Source: an uncultured Acidobacteriaceae bacterium
Lineage (GTDB): Bacteria > Acidobacteriota > Terriglobia > Terriglobales > Acidobacteriaceae
Direction: 5' to 3'
NCBI GenBank assembly: GCA_963818935.1
Contig: CAWFUK010000022.1
Coordinates: 30,012-94,011 of the forward strand
Length of the DNA: 64,000 nucleotides
Below, in pieces: positions 39,793 to 47,895 of the stretch. The position numbers and the translations under genes are program-made. Position 1 is the stretch's first letter. Each line of letters starts with the position of its first letter. The notes under the pieces were generated by a model. That model was not told where the DNA came from, did no database searches, and was given only the letters and a program-made list of their open reading frames with translations.

Positions 39793-39852
39793 GGGAAGGG
39801 CACGACTTCAGTCGTGCCGTTAAGTCCTCCAATACCAACCGCGCTTCAGCGC
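39793..39852 (+). repeat. Two-hairpin dispersed repeat, copy a
   Basis: GGGAAGGGCACGAC-TTCA-GTCGTGCC...CCAACC-GCGC-TTCA-GCGC. 58 of 60 nt are identical to copy d at 47623-47682. Confidence 0.85.
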
Positions 39853-40062
39853 CCGAGGTACGCTCCGGCGCACGCCGGGCTTACATCTTTGTAACGTTAT
39901 CGCTCCCATCACTTACTAACCTATCCCCTCACAGAAGCGCTTCTACATTGGCATGTTACTTACGGGAGTGACCGAACGATAGCATGGTAACCTCACATTT
40001 CTCTTGCCTCTATTATTAGAAGCTGACAACATTCGGATTGAACCTTGTGGAGGATTTTCCCA

Positions 40063-40560
40063 GTGAAACGAACAAGCATTCTGGCCGTCTTTCCGATTAC
40101 CCTTGCGCTCATCCTGAGTGGATGCGGCACTTCCGACAGCGTGAAATCTATCTCTCTGACCGGCGCGAACTCTGCTGGCGCTTTTGAAGTGTACGGTGAG
40201 GGTGGAACCATGCAGATGACGGTGACCGCCATCTACAACAGCGGAAAACAAATCGACGTAACCAATCAGTCGACCTTTACCGTGACTACAGTGGGCACCG
40301 ACGACACTGGCGCCTCCCTGGAGATGCCGCCCCAGACGATCACAATCAGCAATACGGGATTGGTGACAGCCGTAACCCCCTTCGTTTGCACCTTTGTCGT
40401 CACCTCGGCCCAGGGCGTTACTCCTATCACCTACGCGGTGGAAGGTTCCTATCAGATCGTGGCCACTTACAAGGGCATGAACTCGAACGCCCAGTATCTG
40501 CCAGTAGCCTCGGCCGCGAGCAATAGCACGGTCACGGGCGCTACCTGCGGCCCGGTGTAA
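40063..40560 (+). CDS. Lipoprotein with a bacterial Ig-like (Big_2-type) domain
   Basis: GTG 40063 is preceded by GGAGGA. It has the lipobox LALILSGC, and its beta-rich body resembles Big_2 (ITISNTGLVTAVTP). Confidence 0.6.
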   Translation: MKRTSILAVFPITLALILSGCGTSDSVKSISLTGANSAGAFEVYGEGGTMQMTVTAIYNSGKQIDVTNQSTFTVTTVGTDDTGASLEMPPQTITISNTGLVTAVTPFVCTFVVTSAQGVTPITYAVEGSYQIVATYKGMNSNAQYLPVASAASNSTVTGATCGPV

Positions 40561-40758
40561 CCACTGACCTGGACGCAGCAGGTCCGTCCGAACATGGAAT
40601 TGCATCGGCGCCGCGCGGTGGCTCACAACCCCACGCTGGCGCCGATTCTACCTTCCCAAGCCCTTCCGATACCCGTCACCAAAGAAACTGGAAACTATCT
40701 CATAAGGGATCGGGAAGTCAATAAACAAGAGGGCTCCAGCAGGCTGAGGAATGACTCT

Positions 40759-40834
40759 GATCGGGTCAGGGTTGGGAAGGGCACGACGTTCAGTCGTGCC
40801 CTTCAGAACCAATAAACAAGGGAGCTTTAGCTGG
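40759..40834 (+). repeat. Two-hairpin dispersed repeat, copy b (first of a tandem pair)
   Basis: GATCGGGTCAGGGTTGGGAAGGGCACGAC-gttca-GTCGTGCC ... AGC-TTTA-GCT. Confidence 0.8.
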
Positions 40835-40849
40835 CTGCGGACAAACTTC

Positions 40850-40932
40850 CATTGGGCCAGGGTTTGGGGAAGGGCAGGACGTTCAGTCGTGCCGTCCAGA
40901 GCTAATAAAAAGAGGGCTTTAGCCCCTGAGGG
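40850..40932 (+). repeat. Two-hairpin dispersed repeat, copy c (second of the tandem pair)
   Basis: CATTGGGCCAGGGTTTGGGGAAGGGCAGGAC-gttca-GTCGTGCC ... GGGC-TTTA-GCCC. Confidence 0.8.
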
Positions 40933-41168
40933 AATCCTCGTATCTGTGCTTCAAAGAAAAGCCCCCGCGGCGGACGGTCCTGCCGCTCAAGCACGGTTCC
41001 ATACCACCACGTAAGACGCCGCGCGCTCCCGGCCAGAAAGCTACGGAAGATAAAACTCAGCATGGGGAAACTACAAGGGGAGTCAGAATAGACTTACTAA
41101 AGCGTAGCCACCGGCAAGTAAGCTATTACCGAATTTAATGTAACTAGGTGCCCAAAACTACTTACACG

Positions 41169-41531
41169 CTACTTATTCCCGCTGTTGGGAGTAAAGTGCA
41201 TGTCGAACGAGTAACCAGGAAGCGACACCGTGACCGAATAGTCGGCTGCAACATACACGGCAGAGGTACCGGGAGTATTAATTCGCTGCACAGTAATTTG
41301 CTTTGGGCTGATCGGCAGGTCGTGCTCTTTAACCTTGCGCATCACGTCGGTGCGGATATCTTCGTCGGTCTTTTGAAGGGCCGAGCTGTCCATCAGCGAA
41401 ACAGTCTTCAGGTCATCTTCAAAGCTGTAGTTGGCCATTAACGGCGGGGCGACTTGAAAACAGGCCACCACCACACAGAGGATCGCAAGAATTCCAACTA
41501 TTCCCTTAATCATTTCCCATAGCCTCGACAA
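41169..41531 (-). CDS. Small N-terminally membrane-anchored hypothetical protein
   Basis: 120 aa with one TM helix (IVGILAILCVVVACF), tightly spaced upstream of proS. Confidence 0.5.
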   Translation of the reverse strand: MSRLWEMIKGIVGILAILCVVVACFQVAPPLMANYSFEDDLKTVSLMDSSALQKTDEDIRTDVMRKVKEHDLPISPKQITVQRINTPGTSAVYVAADYSVTVSLPGYSFDMHFTPNSGNK

Positions 41532-41553
41532 TGCGCCGCCAGCCGGCGCTCAC

Positions 41554-43320
41554 TCAGGCCTGGGCTCGCAGCAGATCTTGGAGATATTCCACTACCGCCG
41601 CGATCCTAACATCGCGTACTTCGCGAGTCGAGCGCAGAACTACTTCCACGGTACCTTCGGTAACCTTCTTTCCCACCGTGATTCTAAAGGGGATACCGAC
41701 CAGGTCCGCGTCTTTGAACTTAACTCCCGGGCGCTCGTCGCGGTCATCGAAGATCACATCCATCCCAGCCGCTTCCAACTTGCCTGCAATGTCGACCGCG
41801 GCATTCAGCAGGGCCGCATCCTTCACATTGATCGGACTCACGACAACTTCAAATGGCGCAATCGACGGCGCCAGCCAGAACCCGCTTTCGTCGTTGTTCT
41901 GCTCGATCGCGGCTGTCAGAATGCGCTCGATCCCAATGCCGTAGCAACCCATGATCGGCGTGACTTCCTTGCCATTCTTGTCGAGCACGCGTCCGCCCAT
42001 CGATTCTGTGTAACGATAACCGAGCTTGAAGATGTGCCCGATCTCGACCGCCGTATCGATGCGCAGCGCGTTCCCACAGTTCGGACAACCCTCCCCAGCA
42101 GTCACTGCGCGCAGATCGGCGTAGGCCGTGGGGTGAAAATTCTTGCCCGGCGTCAGATTCTTCAGGTGATAATCCTCTTTGTTGGCGCCCGCGATCAGAT
42201 TCGTGCGCCCTTGAAGAGCGTCGTCCACCAGCAGAAGCGGCAGGCCCTTATCTTTCTTGTCCTTCGCCCACTCAATGCCGATCGGCCCCAAATATCCCGC
42301 CGGAGACTTGAACAATGCTTTGATCTCGTCTTCGTCCATGGGCCGGGTCGCGACCGCAACCGCGGCATTCAGCTTGGCCTCATTGAGTTGATGGTCGCCG
42401 CGCATCAGCACCACAATCGCGCGCGATTTCACTTTGCCGGTCTTTTCGTCTTTTTCATCGGCCATCAGAGCGAGCGTTTTTATTTTGTTCTTCGGCGACA
42501 CTCCCAGGAAGCGCGCCACTTCTTCAATCGTCTTCTGCCCCGGGGTGTGAACTTCCAGCGGCCGGCCATCGCCCTCAGCTTTGAGGTCTTCGACCACTTC
42601 CAGCTTCGATGTCGCTTTCTCCAGGTTCGCCGCGTAGTCGCACCCATCGCAGCTGACGATCTGATCTTCCCCTGCCGGAGTCCGCACCATGAATTCATGG
42701 GATTCCTTCCCGCCCATCGCGCCCGAATCGGCCTCGACCACCATGTATTTCAACCCGCATCGATCGAAAATGCGGCAATACGTCTCGTAATGTTTTTTGT
42801 AGGAAACATCAAGCCCCGCCGCGTCGATGTCGAACGAGTACGCGTCTTTCATCATGAACTGGCGCACCCGCAGCAAGCCTGACTTCGGTCGCGGCTCGTC
42901 GCGAAACTTGGGAGCGATCTGATACCAGATCTGCGGCAACTGCTTGTAGCTGCGTAGCTCTTTGCGCGCGATGTCGGTCATGACCTCTTCTGCAGTCATC
43001 TCGAGACATAGGTCGGCGCCCCTTCGATCTTTGAGCCGAAACAAATTCTCGCCCATGATTTCCCAGCGCCCGCTCGCCTCCCAAAGCTCGCGGGGATGCA
43101 GCGCTGGCAGAAAAAACTCCTGCCCGATCTTGTCCATTTCCTGGCGAACAATCGCCATGATCTTCTGAAACGATCGATTCCCAAGAAAAAGGTAGGAATA
43201 GAGTCCCGCGGCGAGTTGCCGCATATAACCCGCCCGAACCAGAAATTTGTGGCTCGCGACCTCGGCATCCGCCGGGGCCTCGCGCAATGTAGGAATAAAC
43301 AGTTCTGACCAACGATGCAT
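41554..43320 (-). CDS. proS: Proline--tRNA ligase (bacterial type with INS editing domain)
   Basis: 588 aa with the class II motifs [25 protein letters not shown] and [10 protein letters not shown]. Confidence 0.93.
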   Translation of the reverse strand: MHRWSELFIPTLREAPADAEVASHKFLVRAGYMRQLAAGLYSYLFLGNRSFQKIMAIVRQEMDKIGQEFFLPALHPRELWEASGRWEIMGENLFRLKDRRGADLCLEMTAEEVMTDIARKELRSYKQLPQIWYQIAPKFRDEPRPKSGLLRVRQFMMKDAYSFDIDAAGLDVSYKKHYETYCRIFDRCGLKYMVVEADSGAMGGKESHEFMVRTPAGEDQIVSCDGCDYAANLEKATSKLEVVEDLKAEGDGRPLEVHTPGQKTIEEVARFLGVSPKNKIKTLALMADEKDEKTGKVKSRAIVVLMRGDHQLNEAKLNAAVAVATRPMDEDEIKALFKSPAGYLGPIGIEWAKDKKDKGLPLLLVDDALQGRTNLIAGANKEDYHLKNLTPGKNFHPTAYADLRAVTAGEGCPNCGNALRIDTAVEIGHIFKLGYRYTESMGGRVLDKNGKEVTPIMGCYGIGIERILTAAIEQNNDESGFWLAPSIAPFEVVVSPINVKDAALLNAAVDIAGKLEAAGMDVIFDDRDERPGVKFKDADLVGIPFRITVGKKVTEGTVEVVLRSTREVRDVRIAAVVEYLQDLLRAQA

Positions 43321-43439
43321 AGTTGATTTCCCGATATACAGTAGAATCTTGGATTGTAAATGATGGGGCAGACGAGCCTATGCAGGAACAGCCAACTCGG
43401 CCGTCGAACGACATGAGGATAAGGCGGGGCTGCCAGATA

Positions 43440-43649
43440 TTAAGAAACCAACTGCTTCAGAATCTCTTTCCCCAGCTTCTGCGTTTCCCCGAAAAATTTC
43501 TGATACTCAAGAAACAGCCGGTTTAGATCCAGAGCTTTATCGGCCGACGGATGCTTGCGCAGAATCATGTCGCGCACGTGCACCGGGTTGGGCAGGGTTG
43601 CGTCTTCATTCAGTTCTTCCAGCGCCGTATTGGGATCGTAGTGATACAT
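43440..43649 (-). CDS. Small hypothetical protein (69 aa)
   Basis: An ORF with natural-looking composition but no SD. Its ATG sits 2 nt from the left inverted repeat of the cassette. Confidence 0.35.
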   Translation of the reverse strand: MYHYDPNTALEELNEDATLPNPVHVRDMILRKHPSADKALDLNRLFLEYQKFFGETQKLGKEILKQLVS

Positions 43650-43650
43650 G

Positions 43651-43691
43651 GGATTGAATCATTGAGAGATTGAATCATTGACTCATTAAAG
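43651..43691. repeat. Left inverted repeat of the four-helix-bundle cassette
   Basis: GGATTGAATCATTGAGAGATTGAATCATTGACTCATTAAAG. It matches the reverse complement of 44081-44122 at 38 of 42 positions. Confidence 0.85.
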
Positions 43692-43703
43692 CCAACGCGC
43701 CTC

Positions 43704-44076
43704 TCAAGCTCCTTTGTTGTGTTTTGCAGTACTCAATGAAGCCGCACAGATGGCTAGCAATTCATTCGCTTCTTTCAACAGTACCGTTAACTTATCCGTC
43801 GGCACAACTCCGGTATGAGCAGGAGTTCGAGCCAGAAAACTGTTTCATCCGCTTCCTCGACCACTGTGCTCATCTTGGAAATAAACTCAGCATGGGATCG
43901 AGCACGACAAACCGCCCGGGTAATTAGCCGCAACTGCCGTGCCACAGCGAAGCAGTTGCTTGCCGATAACGTCGCCCTCACGCGTCCGCGGCAGTGACCT
44001 CACAACAGCCGACAATGCGGATCGCAAACTCCTTCGTCCGCAGTTTCATGACCTCGGCTTTGTCGAGCATGTTCAT
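43704..44076 (-). pseudogene. Decayed four-helix-bundle protein gene (23S rRNA intervening-sequence protein family)
   Basis: Family-typical segments lie in four different frames: KLRTKEFAIRIV / LPRTREGDVIGKQLLRCGTAVAANY / RAVCRARSHAEFISKMSTVVEEADETVFWLELL / VVPTDKLTVLLKEANELLAICAAS. Confidence 0.7.
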
Positions 44077-44080
44077 CGGT

Positions 44081-44122
44081 CTTTAATGATTCAATGACTC
44101 AATCTCTCAATGACTCAATTCC
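44081..44122. repeat. Right inverted repeat of the four-helix-bundle cassette
   Basis: CTTTAATGATTCAATGACTCAATCTCTCAATGACTCAATTCC. It abuts the kpsF-like stop codon (44123-44125). Confidence 0.85.
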
Positions 44123-45226
44123 TCACACCAGCTCCGTTCCCCACAGATCATGAAGATGCACGATCCCCTGCAGCGTTCCGTCGCCGTCAACCACCATCAG
44201 CGAAGTAATCTTCTTCTCCTCCATCAGCGCCAGCGCAGTGGTGGCAAACTCACCCGCGGCAATCGTCTTGGGATTGCGCGTCATCGCCTCACTCGCCGTC
44301 AGATCGAGAACATCCTTTCCGCGCTTCTCCAATAGTCGCCGCAAATCGCCATCGCTGATGATGCCCACCAACTTCATTTCTTCCACGACTGCCGTCACAC
44401 CCAGTTTCTTGCGCGACATTTCGTAAATCACATCCGGCATCTTCGTCTGCGGACCGACGCAAGGCAGCGCCTCACCCTTGTGCATCAGCGACTGCACACG
44501 CGCCAGCCGCTTGCCAAGCTTTCCTCCGGGATGAAGATTGGCGAAATCTTCTTCCTTGAAGCCGCGCTTCTCGCTGAGCGCAACTGCCAGCGCGTCCCCC
44601 AAGGCCAGCATCGTCGTGGTCGAAGCCGTCGGAGCCAATCCCAGCGCGCAAGCTTCCTCCGCAATCGAACAGTCCAGCGCCACCTCAGCCGCGGCGGCCA
44701 AAGTGGAAGCCGTTGGTCTTGCTTCCATGGAGCGGGCACTCTTGCCCGCTGCCTTTGACTTTGACTTCGTTACTCCAACGTTTCCTCGGCTGGCGGCATT
44801 CGCGGGCAAAGCCTGCCCTGAGGCTGCCAAAGGGAGAGCCCGTGCCACTCGATCCCCTGTCATCGCAATCAGCGGCACCCGCAATCGCTTGATGGTGGCC
44901 AGCAAAGCCAAAATTTCTTCTGTTTCTCCCGAGGCCGACAACGCCAACACAACATCTCCGCGCACCACCATTCCCAAATCCCCGTGCAGCGCGTCTACCG
45001 GATGCAGGTACAATGCCGGAGTTCCCGTCGAACTCAACGTCGCCGCGATCTTGCGCGCAATCAGCCCACTCTTCCCCATGCCCGTCACCACCACGCGCCC
45101 CGCGCAGCAAAACAGCAAGTCCACTGCCTGCTGAAAAGCCTCCGCCATCGGACCGGCGATCCGGTCCGCCAGCGCGCACAGCTCCTGCGCCTCAATGCGC
45201 ACCACGTTCTCGCCAATATTTTTCAT
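44123..45226 (-). CDS. KpsF/GutQ-family arabinose-5-phosphate isomerase (SIS + CBS pair) with an internal insertion
   Basis: VVVTGMGKSGLIARKIAATLSSTGTP, GLAPTASTTTMLALGDALA and HPGGKLGKRL, with two CBS domains. It is about 40-45 aa longer than usual. Confidence 0.85.
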   Translation of the reverse strand: MKNIGENVVRIEAQELCALADRIAGPMAEAFQQAVDLLFCCAGRVVVTGMGKSGLIARKIAATLSSTGTPALYLHPVDALHGDLGMVVRGDVVLALSASGETEEILALLATIKRLRVPLIAMTGDRVARALPLAASGQALPANAASRGNVGVTKSKSKAAGKSARSMEARPTASTLAAAAEVALDCSIAEEACALGLAPTASTTTMLALGDALAVALSEKRGFKEEDFANLHPGGKLGKRLARVQSLMHKGEALPCVGPQTKMPDVIYEMSRKKLGVTAVVEEMKLVGIISDGDLRRLLEKRGKDVLDLTASEAMTRNPKTIAAGEFATTALALMEEKKITSLMVVDGDGTLQGIVHLHDLWGTELV

Positions 45227-45347
45227 GCAAAAAGATGCGGAAGAAGAATGCTAGCACGAGCCACGGATCAGGGATGGTCACGAATCAGAAGCTAATATCC
45301 GGTTTTATTCGCGACGATCCGTGAGAATGCGTGGCCAAAGTTCTCTC

Positions 45348-46538
45348 TTAAAAATGATCCTCGCCGCGTGCCCACGGCTGCAGCGGCTTCTGCCCCAGCA
45401 CCGCCAAACCTTTTGCCTGGATCACCCGGTCCCACGGTCCCGCCTGCCAATTATCCCGGCCCCTGGTCGCAAGCTTCCACGGGGGCAGCGTTAGCATAAG
45501 ATTTTTCGCCATCGAGTGAATATACGGTTCGTACATCGAGCGCAGCTTATTCAGTTTTTCGCGGGCGTCCTGGGTGGTTCGCAATTTCAAACCCACCACT
45601 GCCAACTCCTTTAACAGCGATTGAAAATCCTCCTCGGTCATGCGTTCCGGCGCATTGGCATCGTAGCGGGCGTTGACGACCTGCGCCAAATCCACTGCCG
45701 CGTGCCGCGCCATGGCAAACGTGAGCTTGGCCTGTCCGGGATGAATTCCCTCGATCCCCACGATCACCAGCGACGTCACGTCCAACATGATGAGCAGAGC
45801 CCCCAACCATGATTGGTTGCTATGCTGCGACCGGAAAAAACTCAGCACAGGATAGGAAAGACCGCTCTCCAACAACTCTCCCGACCAGCGCTCCCAATCG
45901 CGCAGAACTTCATCCAGCACAATCTGATCGATCTGCGGATTCTCCGCTCTTCCCGCCAGGCGCACCAGCAGCTCGGTCGCAGTCGGAGGTGATCCCGCAC
46001 GCGCATCGAGCATCGAGATCTGAATTTCACGCCTCGAAAACGAGGAGTACACCACCGGCAAATATCCAATTACCACGCCCAGAAAGGCGAAGCCCATGCC
46101 CGCTTCGAAGACCGAAAGTATCCGCGCTCCAGGCGAGATCGGCACAATGTCGCCATATCCCAGCGTGAAAAACGTCTCCCCACTGGCGTAAAGGATCCGG
46201 CCAAAAGTGAGTGGTTCGTTGCCCAGTTGCTCGTGTCCGCCAAGGCCGTATTGCCAAAGCCCGAAACCGAAGATCAGGCTCGTCGCCCAGAACGCCATCA
46301 GAAATATCAGGGAAAGCGGCCCAAAATATCCCAGAAAATTTTGCTGTCTCGCGGGCTTGCTGATGTGTCCCGCAATATATCTCCAAGGCAGCCAGGTGCG
46401 GCGGTAAAACCATGCGGTCAGCTTGAATTGCCGCGTCACGCGGCGCGGCAGCACCACCGTCTCAAAAGCATCGAGCAGCACCACGGCAATAATGGCGATG
46501 CCAGCCGCCACGGCGGAAATATGAGTGTGGAGCGCCAT
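45348..46538 (-). CDS. Potassium channel family protein (2-TM pore with TLGYGD filter) with a C-terminal domain of unknown type
   Basis: Selectivity filter FFTLGYGDIVP. The start was chosen at ATG 46538 (MALHTHISAVAAGIAIIAVVLL). Confidence 0.7.
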   Translation of the reverse strand: MALHTHISAVAAGIAIIAVVLLDAFETVVLPRRVTRQFKLTAWFYRRTWLPWRYIAGHISKPARQQNFLGYFGPLSLIFLMAFWATSLIFGFGLWQYGLGGHEQLGNEPLTFGRILYASGETFFTLGYGDIVPISPGARILSVFEAGMGFAFLGVVIGYLPVVYSSFSRREIQISMLDARAGSPPTATELLVRLAGRAENPQIDQIVLDEVLRDWERWSGELLESGLSYPVLSFFRSQHSNQSWLGALLIMLDVTSLVIVGIEGIHPGQAKLTFAMARHAAVDLAQVVNARYDANAPERMTEEDFQSLLKELAVVGLKLRTTQDAREKLNKLRSMYEPYIHSMAKNLMLTLPPWKLATRGRDNWQAGPWDRVIQAKGLAVLGQKPLQPWARGEDHF

Positions 46539-46703
46539 ACTCGATTCTCGATTGCAATCTGATGCGGAAGGAAGGGTAACAGATTCGGCATCTGGTTTCT
46601 GCTTCCGGCCGGCCGTCGCCAAGCCTTTCTCGCCGAACACCAGAATTTCCCCGGATGTTCCCAACGCCGAGGCCCGGACACCGGCGCCGGGCGCCCCTTT
46701 TAG

Positions 46704-47471
46704 CTACTGAGGCTTGGCTTGTGCCGGAGGCGTGGTCGTCGCAGGAGTTTTGCCAGGCGCCGCCGGTTTCTTCGCTACCGGCTTTTTCTTCACCACAGGT
46801 TTCTTGGGAGGCTCGGTATCGTCCACGACGACTTTCTTTGGAGGCTCGGCCGGAATCGCCGCTTGCGCCGCCTTCAGATCCGTCCGCAATCGGACTATCT
46901 CCTGCTCCTTCGACGCCGCCAACTTCTCCATGCGCCCTGAAAATACCTTCAGGCTCTTGTCAAAGCCATCTAGATCGTTGGAGAGCGCCTGCAAATCGTC
47001 CCTCGGTCCGAAGGCGCCGCAGGATTCCACTACGCCTCCGAATACGGAATCAAGCGTGTCGAGATCACGATAGAGGTTAAAAGTTGCGGATAAGTCTTCG
47101 GGGGCCTGGCGCACGTGAGCGATCATCTCCGGCAACGCCCCTTGCAGATTGCGCTGGATGGCCTCCACCTTCGCCAGCGCATCTCTCTTCGAACCGCTAT
47201 CCGCCTTCCAGCGTTCTATGCGCAATTTCGCCAGGTCGATCTGGGTCGTCTTGGACGTGGTTTCCAGTTGCGCCAGGAGATCGTTGACTTCGGAGACGGA
47301 GGCATAAGAAACCGCCGAACCCTGTTGCGGCGTGGCTGCCGAAGCGACGCTTCCCTGCGTTGAATACCCAGGACCGGCGGATTTGGCGGTCACAGCACTC
47401 TGTCCGAAGCCCGCCGTAGTCCCCAGCAGCATGCCCAGCCCGCAAGAATAGAGAGTCAGTTTAGAGTTCAT
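46704..47471 (-). CDS. Secreted hypothetical protein with a coiled-coil region and a Pro/Lys-rich tail
   Basis: Signal peptide MNSKLTLYSCGLGMLLGTTAGFGQSA and C-terminal PPKKVVVDDTEPPKKPVVKKKPVAKKP. Confidence 0.5.
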   Translation of the reverse strand: MNSKLTLYSCGLGMLLGTTAGFGQSAVTAKSAGPGYSTQGSVASAATPQQGSAVSYASVSEVNDLLAQLETTSKTTQIDLAKLRIERWKADSGSKRDALAKVEAIQRNLQGALPEMIAHVRQAPEDLSATFNLYRDLDTLDSVFGGVVESCGAFGPRDDLQALSNDLDGFDKSLKVFSGRMEKLAASKEQEIVRLRTDLKAAQAAIPAEPPKKVVVDDTEPPKKPVVKKKPVAKKPAAPGKTPATTTPPAQAKPQ

Positions 47472-47606
47472 TGATTGTGGAGTCGGTGGCGTTTCAGCGT
47501 TTCAGAATACTACAAGCAGGGCTGCCATGTTGATCGGGTAGTGCATCCCTGCTTCGGATGGGCCAGACTACGCCCCAGTCGCTGCCTAACAGCCTGCTGA
47601 AAAACC

Positions 47607-47682
47607 GATTGGGTCAGGGTTTGGGAAGGGCACGACTTCAGTCGTGCCGTTAAGTCCTTCAACACCAACCGCGCTTCAGCGC
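47607..47682 (+). repeat. Two-hairpin dispersed repeat, copy d
   Basis: GATTGGGTCAGGGTTTGGGAAGGGCACGAC-TTCA-GTCGTGCC...CCAACC-GCGC-TTCA-GCGC. Confidence 0.85.
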
Positions 47683-47895
47683 AGACAAATACTTATTCCC
47701 CAGCCACCAGCCGGTTCCACCAGGAACTCAACCAGTACGTCAGCCCAGAAAACGGGAGGCAAAAAAGAAGGAAGGACGAACTGTCGAGAACATCGGATAG
47801 GAAAAGGGAAAAACGAGAAAGTTGCTGTTCAACCTCAGACGGCGATCCGGGTTTGGATATCTCTTCACTCAAGAAGCAGCTCAAACCAGCGAGCG

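Noticed and set aside
40759-40932. Possible mini-CRISPR array (two similar units about 91 nt apart).
   Set aside because: There are only two units, and they belong to a family that is dispersed singly elsewhere. The units are too long and imperfect, there are no cas genes, and the sequence between them is not spacer-like.
41578-42882. 434-aa ORF on the + strand.
   Set aside because: It is antisense to proS and is a shadow ORF.
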